Assembly (NCBI GenBank): GCA_019057635.1
Contig: DXJL01000104.1
Location: forward strand, 43,512-107,511
Reading direction: 5' to 3'
Length of the DNA: 64,000 nt
Origin: Candidatus Heimdallarchaeota archaeon
GTDB taxonomy: Archaea > Asgardarchaeota > Heimdallarchaeia > Hodarchaeales > Hodarchaeaceae
Shown here: one piece after another, positions 41,195 to 51,402 of the stretch
Layout of the letters: the number at the start of each line of letters is the position of its first letter
How positions within the stretch are numbered: the first letter of the stretch is position 1
Notes under the pieces: generated by a model
The model's input: only the letters and a program-made list of their open reading frames with translations
What the model was told of the DNA's origin: nothing
The model's database searches: none
Program-made: the position numbers and the translations under genes

Positions 41195-42226
41195 CTAATC
41201 CACATTTTGCTTTGGCGGAAAATACCCGTGTGATGTTAACCATTCATACGACTCATCAAGTGTAATTTCCATGTTCTTTTCTGGTTCAAAGTTGAGTTCC
41301 GTTTTTATTTTCGTATCATCATAACGGCGAGACTTGGCAAATTTTGTTACACGATACCTATTCAATGTCGTTTTTCGACCTGAGATCTTTGAATAGAGTT
41401 CGGATAATACAGCTACAGTGTAAACAAGACGGTAATTCATTGGAGAGGGGGCTTTGGTCGGATTAACTAATTTAACAATATACTCTAAGAAATTCATCAT
41501 TTTACTTTCAAAGGATCGGATATTGTATGCTTGTCCTTTCGAACGTGACTTATTAGAATCTAACAGAAGTAGTGCAGAACAAAGATCGAGTGGGTGAATA
41601 AATGTAGCATACATATCTCCTCCTCTTAAAATTGGGAATTTATGTTCATAGACTGCTTTGAATATTTCACCTATCGTTTTAGTGTCTCGTGGTCCTATTA
41701 CACTAGGTGATCTAACAAGACTGAAATTTTCCCATCCTTCATGTTCCTTCAGCTCCCATAAATGCTTTTCCTGGTAATATTTACTCTTTTGATATATACT
41801 TGTAGGATTAAACCGGTATGTTTCAGTTATTCGTGTACTAGGAATATAATGGCCGTAAACTCCCGTAGAACTCACGTGAGAAATGAATGGATCGGTATTA
41901 GCATTCCGACAAACTGATACTAAATTCTCTAGTCCTTCGACATTAACCCTGTAAAGGTCTTTCCATGTAGCCCAATCATCTGCTCTCGCTGCTAAATGAA
42001 TAACAGAAGTAACATCTTTAATTGCTTTCTTTAGACTGGTAATGTCATTTAAATCAGCTTCAATCGGAGTTAATCCGAGTTTTTCAACTTTCAGCCTACT
42101 CTCGGAATTACGTACAATGACACGACATTCACTCTCGTTTAATGAAGGTGTAGCGGTAAATTTTTCTAGTAAAAAACTCCCTACTAGACCAGTACCACCA
42201 GTAATTAAGAAAACCATACTCACCAC
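41195..42226 (-). CDS. Extended SDR (NAD-dependent epimerase / 3-beta-HSD-like)
   Basis: TGGTGLVG, HLAA, SSTGVYG, YQKSK. Confidence 0.9.
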   Translation of the reverse strand: MVSMVFLITGGTGLVGSFLLEKFTATPSLNESECRVIVRNSESRLKVEKLGLTPIEADLNDITSLKKAIKDVTSVIHLAARADDWATWKDLYRVNVEGLENLVSVCRNANTDPFISHVSSTGVYGHYIPSTRITETYRFNPTSIYQKSKYYQEKHLWELKEHEGWENFSLVRSPSVIGPRDTKTIGEIFKAVYEHKFPILRGGDMYATFIHPLDLCSALLLLDSNKSRSKGQAYNIRSFESKMMNFLEYIVKLVNPTKAPSPMNYRLVYTVAVLSELYSKISGRKTTLNRYRVTKFAKSRRYDDTKIKTELNFEPEKNMEITLDESYEWLTSHGYFPPKQNVD

Positions 42227-42290
42227 GGATGTATTCGTGTTTTGCTCCTTGAATTACTGTAATTAATTAGTTGTTTGAAACATTCATGAA

Positions 42291-43088
42291 TCATTTCCCA
42301 GTATCACTTAACCAGAAATCTAAGCTAGTATCCTTAGTGCCAAGATCGATTATTTGGTCTTTTATCCGTCTTTCAGCAATTTGATAGATTTTTTCTGATA
42401 ATTCAAAGCCGATGAACTGTCTATTGTATTTTATTGCTGATAATACCACACTCCCACTCCCTAAAAAGGGTTCAAGTATGGTATCACCCTCATTACTTCC
42501 CATTCGTACACATTTATCAGTGATTGCTAAAGGAAGTCGAGTTGGTGTCTTTTCTCCCCCTTTCTGATAATCTCTGTTAATACGCCAGACATCCTCAAAA
42601 TATAGTTTCCCTGGGGAACTGCTATATTCAGGTACCCTATTAAACGTCCGTAATCTATCCTCCTTCACCCCTAATTTAGTGAAATACAGTATATGGTAAT
42701 GACTTGTGACAAACCGTTTTTTTGTAAACACTCCGAATTGATATTTCCATACAATGTGATTGATAATCCGAAACCCTAATTCAGCAAGCGCATTCAAAAT
42801 ATCCCCCAAATGGTTCCATCCACTGAAAATATAACCACTAGCCCTAGGTTTCATAGCTTCCCAACAGGGTTTCAACCAATTTAAGGTAAAATCATAATAT
42901 TCATCAGCAGAGACCTCATGGTACATTTTACCGAGCTCTTTCTGCTTTCTGTTGTATTGAGTTCCAACTTTATGAAAATCTATTCCGAAAGGAGGGTCGG
43001 TTAGTAAAAGATCAATTGAATTCTTCTCAAGCTGAGCTAGGCCATCAATACAATCCATATTATAGATTTGATTAATATCTAAGGGCAT
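42291..43088 (-). CDS. Site-specific DNA methyltransferase (N4-C/N6-A, beta class), orphan
   Basis: Motif IV TDPPF near the N-terminus, motif I EPFLGSG near the C-terminus. Confidence 0.9.
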   Translation of the reverse strand: MPLDINQIYNMDCIDGLAQLEKNSIDLLLTDPPFGIDFHKVGTQYNRKQKELGKMYHEVSADEYYDFTLNWLKPCWEAMKPRASGYIFSGWNHLGDILNALAELGFRIINHIVWKYQFGVFTKKRFVTSHYHILYFTKLGVKEDRLRTFNRVPEYSSSPGKLYFEDVWRINRDYQKGGEKTPTRLPLAITDKCVRMGSNEGDTILEPFLGSGSVVLSAIKYNRQFIGFELSEKIYQIAERRIKDQIIDLGTKDTSLDFWLSDTGK

Positions 43089-43115
43089 GGGTAGTCATTT
43101 ACTCCCTGAATTTCA

Positions 43116-43125
43116 CTTAAAAGGT
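43116..43125 (-). promoter_or_regulatory. Candidate BRE/TATA promoter (ACCTTTTAAG)
   Basis: Ends 28 nt upstream of the MTase ATG, a spacing typical of short-leader archaeal transcripts. Confidence 0.55.
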
Positions 43126-43225
43126 TACAGTTGATAATTCTTTAGATATGAGTTATTAGAAGAAATACCAATCAGAATCGATTGATTGAGGAGGAGTCTG
43201 TTACTATGCTGATAGTGGAGTAACA

Positions 43226-44632
43226 CTATTGCTGAGTTTGAACTCCGTCCAATAATTTGAGCACAATGTCCTCATAAATTGCAGAAAATTGTAACATCGA
43301 TTCTAAGTCAATATATTCATCTACACCATGAATATTTCCTCCTTTGGGCCCGATGTCAATTGCAGGTACTCCAAACATGGTTGCATAACGAGCATCTGAT
43401 GCGCCTTCTTGTTCTTTAGGGGGTTCGTCATCGTCCATTAACTTGTATGCTTTCATAACCTGAGTTGAAATTGTGACCAAAGAATTAGAAGGATCAGTAT
43501 AGAAATAACCAGAGGAACCACGGCATTCAAGCTCTACTTGTTCAAATGATCCTAAACTACTGGTAACTGCATCAATTATCCTTCCTTTTTCATCAGGTGA
43601 CAGAAAGGCACGAATATCGAATTGTACCGACGTACCATCAGTAGTAGAATACGATAAAATATTCGGATTCATAGTTATCCCAAAATCGCTCCGCTTTTCT
43701 GTCTTCACTTTGCTTAAGACTAAACTTCGGAGTATTCGTAATATTTTTGTTAAATTTTCATCATATGTAACCTGTTGCGTTAAGTCAGATTCCGTTTGAG
43801 GATCTACAACGGTGGCATGTACCGTATTTGGGATCACATTCCCCTTTACCCACTCACCGGAAATTGTATTGATTTTTACATGAGGGTTGATGTGTAAATA
43901 CTTGGATAATAATAATAGAGCATGAGAATCTACTCCAGGTACAAAATAAGCACTGTGTCGATTATTATCATATAGAATGCGAGTGAAAAACACTTTCTCT
44001 TTTACTGACGCTGTTGTTTTTTTAACTAATGGTGGGGCCGTCAATCGTAGGTTAAATCCTGCTCGTCTTTTGAAAACTACCTTTGGGCCTCCGTCGACAT
44101 TAATCACACGTTTTGGTAGAATATCAGATTTTTTAGCATAACTAAAAAATTCCCTTGCCCCATATTGCCCTCCACTCTCTTCGTCAGTTGAAAGAAATAA
44201 ACCTATTCTGTTGACTACAGATTTGGCTTTAGGATTTAGATTGATTTTTTTTAAAAACATGAGCACAGACACAACAGATCCTTTGCAATCCTTTGATCCT
44301 CTACCAAAACCCAATTTCTCATCTTTTATTGTCAATTCAAATGGATTGGAATTCCAATCACTTGTAACTGGAACAACATCGAGATGTCCTAGAAATACAA
44401 TATCACTTGGTTTAGTAATATCATTTGATATATAAAGAGAACTATACTTCTCAGTTTCAAAAATTTTCGATTTGTATTTAGGATTCCAACGAAGGAGAGT
44501 TTCTTGAATATCTGCAATAATACTCAGATCAGGAAATTGATTTTCGGAAGGATTATTAACAGTATTATAGTGTATTAAACTTCTTAAAAGATCTATAGCT
44601 GATTCTTCCCAAGTCACTTTCAAGCCATCCAT
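43226..44632 (-). CDS. M20-family metallopeptidase/deacylase (ArgE/DapE-like)
   Basis: GHLDVVP, GRGSKDCKG, DEESGG, GASDAR, IHGVDEY. Confidence 0.9.
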   Translation of the reverse strand: MDGLKVTWEESAIDLLRSLIHYNTVNNPSENQFPDLSIIADIQETLLRWNPKYKSKIFETEKYSSLYISNDITKPSDIVFLGHLDVVPVTSDWNSNPFELTIKDEKLGFGRGSKDCKGSVVSVLMFLKKINLNPKAKSVVNRIGLFLSTDEESGGQYGAREFFSYAKKSDILPKRVINVDGGPKVVFKRRAGFNLRLTAPPLVKKTTASVKEKVFFTRILYDNNRHSAYFVPGVDSHALLLLSKYLHINPHVKINTISGEWVKGNVIPNTVHATVVDPQTESDLTQQVTYDENLTKILRILRSLVLSKVKTEKRSDFGITMNPNILSYSTTDGTSVQFDIRAFLSPDEKGRIIDAVTSSLGSFEQVELECRGSSGYFYTDPSNSLVTISTQVMKAYKLMDDDEPPKEQEGASDARYATMFGVPAIDIGPKGGNIHGVDEYIDLESMLQFSAIYEDIVLKLLDGVQTQQ

Positions 44633-44700
44633 ACTAAACGAATACTTTTTTAGGAGGTTGCCTAATAATTCAAACTATGGTATGATTAGGGGAATTACTC

Positions 44701-44904
44701 ATGAAGTTAACTGAAAAAATCATCGATTCTACGACTGGACTCAAAATGAAATCAGGCGCAATAGTGGAAGTACATGTCATTCATAGTCAGAACAGTGATG
44801 AAAAAAGCTTAATGATAAAAACAGATGATGGAGTTCTCTCCCTAGACCAAGATGACATCTCCAGTTTCATGGATCTCTTTAGTAAGTTCCTAGAAAGTTT
44901 TTAA
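44701..44904 (+). CDS. Small hypothetical protein (beta-strands + C-terminal helix)
   Basis: 67-aa ATG ORF co-oriented with, and patterned like, the N-domain of the next gene. Confidence 0.65.
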   Translation: MKLTEKIIDSTTGLKMKSGAIVEVHVIHSQNSDEKSLMIKTDDGVLSLDQDDISSFMDLFSKFLESF

Positions 44905-44923
44905 AATGCAGGATTGATATATA

Positions 44924-45868
44924 ATGGATGTTGAGTATCAAAAAAAGGAAGTTACCTGGTGCTTAGATCGTGTTGGTCCAAAGATTTGTCTGAAAGCAGT
45001 AGCAATAAATGATAAACTTCAACAACTCGAGATTACCAGTGAGGACTTCATTTTAGAATTTGAGAATGAAGAAGCAAGAGAATTTTTAGATATCTTAGGA
45101 AAGATAATTTCTGCGAAACCAGCCTCTATTCTTGAACCTGTAGTGGTATCACCCCATGTTAAACATGTTGAGAAACCCAAAGAAGAAATCGTTTCAATTC
45201 CCGAAACAAAGGTAGTAAAACCAAAACCCATTCTTAAACTCGATACGGCGGAAATTTTAGAAGTATTAAAACAATCCGAGAGTAATGATGAGGAAGAGAG
45301 AATTTCTTTCGTGAAAAAATTTGCTGAAAATGAAGCACTTGTTAAGGAACCTACTACACTACCAATATCACAACAGGTGGCAGAAGAACCTGTACCGGGT
45401 ATATCTGCTGAAGAAAATGTTCGACCATCAGAGATTCTTAGAGAAAAATTAGATACGGCATCATTTTTCGGGGAAGTGGAAGAAAAATCTCCCCTTGAGC
45501 AATTGCTAGAAGAAAAAGAAGATCCTGCTGAAGAAGTTATAACATCAGATCCACTTTCGTCTAGTACAGATTCGTTTACCGAACCAGAAGAAACTCAACC
45601 TCAATCTGAAACAAACGTTCCTTTTTCTCCAGATGACTTAAATTCTACTTCTTTTGTAAGTAATTTTAGTACTGGTTCATTTGAACAAGAAATAAAATCT
45701 GAAAAATTAGAAACTGAAGAAACTGAATCACTAGCCGAACTCGATCATCAAGAACCAGAACCAGATGAACAAAAAGCTTTTTTAAATGAAGAAGAACGAA
45801 AAAAAGATATCGAACGGCAACGTACAGCGAGGAAAAAGCGACTGTGGGAACTTACACGCGGTTTTTAA
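44924..45868 (+). CDS. Hypothetical protein with small N-domain, long acidic disordered linker and basic C-terminal helix
   Basis: E/P/S/T-rich middle; ends ERQRTARKKRLWELTRGF. Confidence 0.75.
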   Translation: MDVEYQKKEVTWCLDRVGPKICLKAVAINDKLQQLEITSEDFILEFENEEAREFLDILGKIISAKPASILEPVVVSPHVKHVEKPKEEIVSIPETKVVKPKPILKLDTAEILEVLKQSESNDEEERISFVKKFAENEALVKEPTTLPISQQVAEEPVPGISAEENVRPSEILREKLDTASFFGEVEEKSPLEQLLEEKEDPAEEVITSDPLSSSTDSFTEPEETQPQSETNVPFSPDDLNSTSFVSNFSTGSFEQEIKSEKLETEETESLAELDHQEPEPDEQKAFLNEEERKKDIERQRTARKKRLWELTRGF

Positions 45869-45916
45869 ACTAATCGTTTGATTTACTTTTCTTCAACTTG
45901 TTCTCAGTGATATCAT

Positions 45917-47116
45917 ATGCTAGATAATGATATTAAACCCGAGATAGTCATCGTTTGTCATGCATATCAGCCCCCTAATCAAACTCCAGAAGTTTTAGAT
46001 CGTATTATCAATAATTGTTACATCCCAGTCGCTGAAATGTTAGAGGAAAATCCCGAGATAAAGCTCACTTTGAATTTCAATGCTAGTCTTAGCGAAATGC
46101 TTGAAGCAGGATATACAAATGTAATTGAGAAGTTCGCAAATCTAGCTAGAAATGGCCAAGTAGAATTTCTTGAATCTGGGGCTTATCACCCAATTTTACC
46201 TTTACTATCAGAAAAAGAATCCCGTTACCAAATAACATTGAATCACCAGATGAACTTGAGGATTTTTGGCTCAGTTTGGCATCCAGTTGGTTTTTGGCCA
46301 CCAGAATTAGCTGTATCGCCGATTTTGTTAAACCAGTTAGAATCTTTAGGGTATCAATACACTATTATACCCGAGATTGCCGTGAGTAGTAATGAAAACC
46401 ACCCATCACCTCTATTTCAGAAAATCCCAGTTCATCATTCTGCTCCAAATCTAGCGCTTATCTATAGAAATCGTGAACTCTCAAATAACATTTCCTTCAA
46501 AAATTACCCCAGTGTTGACAATTTTATTGAGCATGTGAATCTTTTAAAGGCTAAACAACCTCAACAATCGGTTCTAGTTGTTGCTACTGATTTAGAAACT
46601 TTCGGAGAGCATCATCTCGGTTATGAGAAATTTCTGAAAAAATTTTTGCGAAGATCTGTTACCCATACAGTTAAAGATATTTTAACATTTCCCAGAGAGA
46701 AAATTGAAGTATTTCAGGAAAGTAGTTGGAGCACATCTGAGGAGGATCTCTATAGGAACATTCCTTATCCTCTTTGGGCGTTTCCTGGCAATTCAATTCA
46801 TGAAATCCTGAATTTTCATTCTGATATTCTCTCGGAATCGTTGGATTTTTTATTGAGACATAAGGAAGAAAGTGATTTTGAAGTACGTCAGGCATTGAAG
46901 GAAGTGGCAAAGGCTCAATACAGTTGTCAGACATGGTGGGCCTCCGCAAAAGATCATTTCAGTAAAGAACTAATAATAAAAGGATTCGAAGAACAGAAAA
47001 AAGCATTAAATGCCATTTTAAAAGCAATTGGGTCGAATTATCCTCATTCTATATTAAATGCAACCTCTGATAGGCTTGAAAAACGATTAAAACGCTATTT
47101 ACAAAGGATTACGTGA
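45917..47116 (+). CDS. Glycoside hydrolase family 57
   Basis: HAYQP, YHPILPLL, nucleophile WPPELA, acid/base TDLETFGEHH, SSWS, AQYSC. Confidence 0.9.
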   Translation: MLDNDIKPEIVIVCHAYQPPNQTPEVLDRIINNCYIPVAEMLEENPEIKLTLNFNASLSEMLEAGYTNVIEKFANLARNGQVEFLESGAYHPILPLLSEKESRYQITLNHQMNLRIFGSVWHPVGFWPPELAVSPILLNQLESLGYQYTIIPEIAVSSNENHPSPLFQKIPVHHSAPNLALIYRNRELSNNISFKNYPSVDNFIEHVNLLKAKQPQQSVLVVATDLETFGEHHLGYEKFLKKFLRRSVTHTVKDILTFPREKIEVFQESSWSTSEEDLYRNIPYPLWAFPGNSIHEILNFHSDILSESLDFLLRHKEESDFEVRQALKEVAKAQYSCQTWWASAKDHFSKELIIKGFEEQKKALNAILKAIGSNYPHSILNATSDRLEKRLKRYLQRIT

Positions 47117-47151
47117 GAAGCAGTGGATATACCTTAACTTGAGTCTAATTT

Positions 47152-48147
47152 CTAGCTCAATTCTGGTATCAGAAGAGGGTCAGTTTCATTAGATAAAATA
47201 ACCAAACGACTTACTTCAGATTCTGCAACGATTTTATAACCAGTTAAATTTTCAAGTTGTTTGGCAAATTCCATTATCCTAGAATGTGATGGCATCGCTG
47301 TACGTGGTAATCGCTTTTCAGCTGCACCAACGTGAACTACTCCTTTCACTTCTACAAAAGACGGTTTCATCATTCCAGTTATCATTTCTGCATACCCTTC
47401 TGGATCGATAAGATTTAATCCTTCAGCTACAGTCAATCGTGCAACAGTCCGAAAAGGTACACCTTCTCCGATAATTCTTAAGCTCTCATTAATATTTTCT
47501 AAAGCCTTTTCTTTTTCAAGGGGCCTATGTACACTCAGAAAATTTTTTACTCCAGGAGTGGGTAGAGTTATGTACAATTGTGTTGGATAAGCTCGCTTTT
47601 CTAGAATGGAGCGTAAAGTACTAGGCACACTCCCATTAGTAACGATAAAAACGGTCAAATTTCGACTTTTTAACTCATCAATTAATTCAGGTATCCACGG
47701 ATAAAGAAAGGGTTCTCCTGTTAAACTCAAAGTCGCATGTTTCGGTTTCATTGCTTCATCGTACTTCAAAGTTGAGACATATGGTTTATAACCGCAAATA
47801 ATTTTCTGTTGACTCACAAATAATGCATCTACAACATCTTTAGGGGAGTCAAAGATTTCTATCAGTCTTTCCTGATCTTGCGGATCATATTGCCTAAACA
47901 TGTTTTCAACCCCGATATCAGATTCATGTACTCGCCAACAAAATTTACACAGAAAGTTACAAATTAATACTGGTGAAAATTGTATGCATTGATGTGACTT
48001 AATACCATAAAAGTGCTTGTAACAGTACCTATCCTCTCTTAAAGAATTATGTGTCCATCTACACTTTTTAACAGCAGTATTTTTTCCTGATATTTGGTAT
48101 TTTTGTTTTTTCAGCAGTGCTTGCATTTTAGGATCCGCAAAAGACAT
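47152..48147 (-). CDS. taw1: tRNA 4-demethylwyosine synthase (radical SAM)
   Basis: VKKCRWT, CYKHFYGIKSHQCIQ, CNFLCKFCWR, SLTGEP, VEVKG. Confidence 0.93.
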   Translation of the reverse strand: MSFADPKMQALLKKQKYQISGKNTAVKKCRWTHNSLREDRYCYKHFYGIKSHQCIQFSPVLICNFLCKFCWRVHESDIGVENMFRQYDPQDQERLIEIFDSPKDVVDALFVSQQKIICGYKPYVSTLKYDEAMKPKHATLSLTGEPFLYPWIPELIDELKSRNLTVFIVTNGSVPSTLRSILEKRAYPTQLYITLPTPGVKNFLSVHRPLEKEKALENINESLRIIGEGVPFRTVARLTVAEGLNLIDPEGYAEMITGMMKPSFVEVKGVVHVGAAEKRLPRTAMPSHSRIMEFAKQLENLTGYKIVAESEVSRLVILSNETDPLLIPELS

Positions 48148-48257
48148 AATGAACTCACTAGAGCGAATGTTAATATCTTTGTTTAGACGATTTCAATCAA
48201 TTCTAAAGATGGTAGAGTGATAAATGGTCCAAAAATATGATTCAAAAGTTACATTTC

Positions 48258-48590
48258 TTAACGATAGAAATCTAATAGGTTAGGGTCGTCTTCATTACTC
48301 TCATGTGGGTTGAGAATGATACGAAATAGATCCCAAACGATCTCACTTGCATAGCGTCCCCGATTTGATAATACATATAGGATTTCTGTATTATTCTCTA
48401 TTTTAATCTTATAAACCAACCCAATTGCTGCAAGGGTTTTGAGGCTTACTGTTACTTTTTTAGGATTTGCATGGTGCTCGATTGATGCGCAGATTTGACT
48501 AAATGTTTTACCTCTTGGATTCAAATGCAAATATTGAAGTATAAGAAGAATGTACTCTTGTTCGAGCTGTTTTAAAGGATTTCCTGCCAA
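48258..48590 (-). CDS. Winged-helix (HxlR/MarR-like) transcription regulator
   Basis: KTFSQI...NPKKVTVSLKTLAAIGLVYK...YVLSNRGR. Confidence 0.75.
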   Translation of the reverse strand: MAGNPLKQLEQEYILLILQYLHLNPRGKTFSQICASIEHHANPKKVTVSLKTLAAIGLVYKIKIENNTEILYVLSNRGRYASEIVWDLFRIILNPHESNEDDPNLLDFYR

Positions 48591-48674
48591 TTCTTTATCC
48601 CATTCAAGAATTATCTTGATCTTTTTTAAGGATTAGGTTATTACCATATTAAGTTTGGAAGTACTGCAGATTAT

Positions 48675-50126
48675 CTATGTCTTCGGTAAAACTACTTTTA
48701 CAGTACTCCCTTTATTCCTCCCGGGAGATACTAAACTAATTTTTCCCCCGTGAATATCTTCGATAATTTTCTTTGTGATAGACAGTCCTAATCCAGTTGA
48801 TTTTGAATGTATCTCGAATCGAGAAAATGGTTGGAAGATTTTCTTTAAATCAGCCTTTCGGAAACCAAAGCCATTGTCTTGTATTGTGATTATAATTACA
48901 TTTTGATGTCCTGCTTTTTTTTCCTCAACATATACCTCTATTTTACCCTTTTCGGGAGGTGAATATTTGATGGCATTATCTAACAGATTTTGTAATGCTC
49001 TCACAATTAATTCTTTGTTTGCTACAATTTCTAATGATTCTGGTACAAAATATGATATTTTTTGACCTCTACGAATCATCTGAGGAAGAACCGCCATTTT
49101 TGCATCTTCGAGAATTGAAATTAAATCGAAAGTCTCCCTTTCCGCAATGTAGGTTGATCGATCATATTGCTCGAATTCAAGAAGACTATCAACCATACGA
49201 ACGAGACGATGTGTATTAGTAATAATTGTACCAAGCTGTTTTTTCATTTCTGGGGTAATCGGTCCGGATAACCCATGTAGGATTACTTCAGAATAACCTT
49301 GGATTGATGCCAGGGGAGATTTTAAATCATGAATAACCGTCGAAAGGATCTGTGTTTTTTGATTGTATTTTTGTTTCAATGAATGAAATTCCATTAAGGA
49401 GATTAAATCTGCGGGAATCTCATGAGAACTTCTAGATTTCCCTTCCTGGGTTAAATAAAAAGATAAAGTTGACTCTAATATGTTACGCTGAGTTGATATT
49501 TGAAATAACTGTTTTTCTAATCGTTCTATCTCCAGTTTTTCTGCTTTCAATTCCTTTATCAGGATTTCTATGGGCTGATATAATTCTCTAAGTGATTCTG
49601 GAAACTTTCTGCTAGAGCCATCATCGTAATAGAAATTTGGATAGATTTGAGAAGGAGTTAAACACAGATATGGAAATCTTAGGGCCAACTGTCGAGATTG
49701 TTGTTTAGAGAGGTGTTGTTCATTAAATATGACAAAAATAGTACACTCGGAATTATTTTTGATGAGATGTTTTTCGAATGTGTCAACAATTAGTAAAATC
49801 TGCTTCGTAGGTAATTTAATATTCGAGAAATCCAAAAAGAGATGGATTTCAAGTGCTGATTTAGGGACTTCTAAAAGGCAGCTTTTCATTTTTTCATTAA
49901 GAAAGGTAAGAGATGTCTTTTTTCGCTTCGTTGAAGCGATCTCTATGAATTTTACATCATATCTTTTTGTAATTTCTGCTTGAAAACCAATAGGTTTTTT
50001 CCCCTCCTCCTTAATAGAGATTAGACAACGTAGAATATCAGATTGGGCAAGATCACTTAGAAAGAATGATTCTAGGCCCTTTACATCACGAAAGAGGCAA
50101 AATACTTTCGTCTGTCTAATTTCCAA
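48675..50126 (-). CDS. Soluble sensor histidine kinase with degenerate MEDS-like N-domain
   Basis: H-box HDLKSPL, N-box NLLDNAIKY, DNGFG, TGLGLSI; the N-domain ends FPYL...NFYY as MEDS domains do; no TM. Confidence 0.88.
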   Translation of the reverse strand: MEIRQTKVFCLFRDVKGLESFFLSDLAQSDILRCLISIKEEGKKPIGFQAEITKRYDVKFIEIASTKRKKTSLTFLNEKMKSCLLEVPKSALEIHLFLDFSNIKLPTKQILLIVDTFEKHLIKNNSECTIFVIFNEQHLSKQQSRQLALRFPYLCLTPSQIYPNFYYDDGSSRKFPESLRELYQPIEILIKELKAEKLEIERLEKQLFQISTQRNILESTLSFYLTQEGKSRSSHEIPADLISLMEFHSLKQKYNQKTQILSTVIHDLKSPLASIQGYSEVILHGLSGPITPEMKKQLGTIITNTHRLVRMVDSLLEFEQYDRSTYIAERETFDLISILEDAKMAVLPQMIRRGQKISYFVPESLEIVANKELIVRALQNLLDNAIKYSPPEKGKIEVYVEEKKAGHQNVIIITIQDNGFGFRKADLKKIFQPFSRFEIHSKSTGLGLSITKKIIEDIHGGKISLVSPGRNKGSTVKVVLPKT

Positions 50127-50165
50127 GACGATAAGACCCCTCTATGTACATTTCTTAATAATTGA

Positions 50166-50570
50166 TTATGTAATAAAAACATTTGTAATATCAAAATTGG
50201 ACAATCTAGCATTACTAATCCTGTAAAGCTGACGAATCAAAGTGATACCCTCATCAGGGGTTGTAACTACTCCTAGGATTGAATTTACTACCAGTGCAAC
50301 TTTATTTCTACTCTTTCTCTCCTTTAAGATAATCAAACGAACTAATTTTTGGTCACAATCCCCTCTAACATCAATAATTTGGCCTTTATTTCCCTTAACA
50401 ACTATCAAACCTTTCTTCCAGTCAGTTAAATCCCCTATAAGACATTCACTCATGTCTTCATTGAAAATGACATTATTAAAATCTTCTATCGATTCAACAA
50501 CAGCAGATTCTATTGAAAAGTATTCATCTTCAATTTTCACGATGAGTAATCGCTTACTTTGAGCTTGCAG
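50166..50570 (-). CDS. CheW-like protein (start uncertain: CTG 50570 or GTG 50540)
   Basis: RLLIVKIEDEYFSIESAVVESI...KGLIVVKG..GQIIDVR...RLIIL...VALVVNSILGVV follows the CheW strand pattern. Confidence 0.65.
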   Translation of the reverse strand: MQAQSKRLLIVKIEDEYFSIESAVVESIEDFNNVIFNEDMSECLIGDLTDWKKGLIVVKGNKGQIIDVRGDCDQKLVRLIILKERKSRNKVALVVNSILGVVTTPDEGITLIRQLYRISNARLSNFDITNVFIT

Positions 50571-50597
50571 ATTTAATACAACCTAATAGTGATATAT

Positions 50598-51194
50598 TCA
50601 CTCAAATTCAAAACGGGAGTGAATTGAATTATGAAACGCCATATCTTGTATTGACCGTTTCAGTCCAAGGTACCCCTTATCTGCAGTTTTACCAACTGGT
50701 ATTAATCCAATAATTGATAATTCTTCATTTAATCCTAGCATTTCTTCAATAGAATCATCAAAATCGACTATTAGATTAGTTCCCAAATTCATTGTTGTGG
50801 CTGCAAGTATCAATTGATTACTAGCAATAATAGCATCAATGATATTCTTATCGTCATTTTCATCCTGAACAGCAACTACAGCAAATATTACTGCTGCATT
50901 TCTTACATCAATTTCTTTATTAGCAATTTTTTCAGAGATATTTGCCTTCAAATTGGGATCAGTAATGATTATATAAGCGAAGTTCTGAATATCACTCAAA
51001 GATGGTGCTAATTGAGCACAGGCTAATAGTTGCTTTAATTGATCATGATTAAGAGATTCTTCTGACTGGAAAGAGTTATATCTCTTATTCTTAATAATGG
51101 TTTCAAAAAAATCCATAAAATCATCTCTGTTACTCATAAAAAAAAGTTGAAAGGGGTTATCTCCTTTCACCATTCTTTCATTTTTAAGAGTCAT
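50598..51194 (-). CDS. Nitroreductase family protein
   Basis: KNKRYNSF, AQLAPSLSDIQNFAYIII, LAATTMNLGT; the true start may be a downstream Met. Confidence 0.85.
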   Translation of the reverse strand: MTLKNERMVKGDNPFQLFFMSNRDDFMDFFETIIKNKRYNSFQSEESLNHDQLKQLLACAQLAPSLSDIQNFAYIIITDPNLKANISEKIANKEIDVRNAAVIFAVVAVQDENDDKNIIDAIIASNQLILAATTMNLGTNLIVDFDDSIEEMLGLNEELSIIGLIPVGKTADKGYLGLKRSIQDMAFHNSIHSRFEFE

Positions 51195-51402
51195 GACTAT
51201 TCATTAATTTATCGCAAAAAAAATTGAAAGAAACTTGTATTCAAACACAAGAGATAAGCTATTAAAAACTGCTTTGTTTGTGCAGATTGATATAAATAAA
51301 ACTTCACATTGAAAGAAACAATTGAAAAGATGGTTTCTCTCATTATAAGAGAATAAGAATGTTCCATTCTGAATTTAATAACGAGTATCAGGCGATGATG
51401 AA

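Noticed and set aside
50571-50600. Readthrough fusion of the nitroreductase and CheW-like ORFs (same frame)
   Set aside because: Two different stops (TGA then TAG) separate them and the domains are unrelated.
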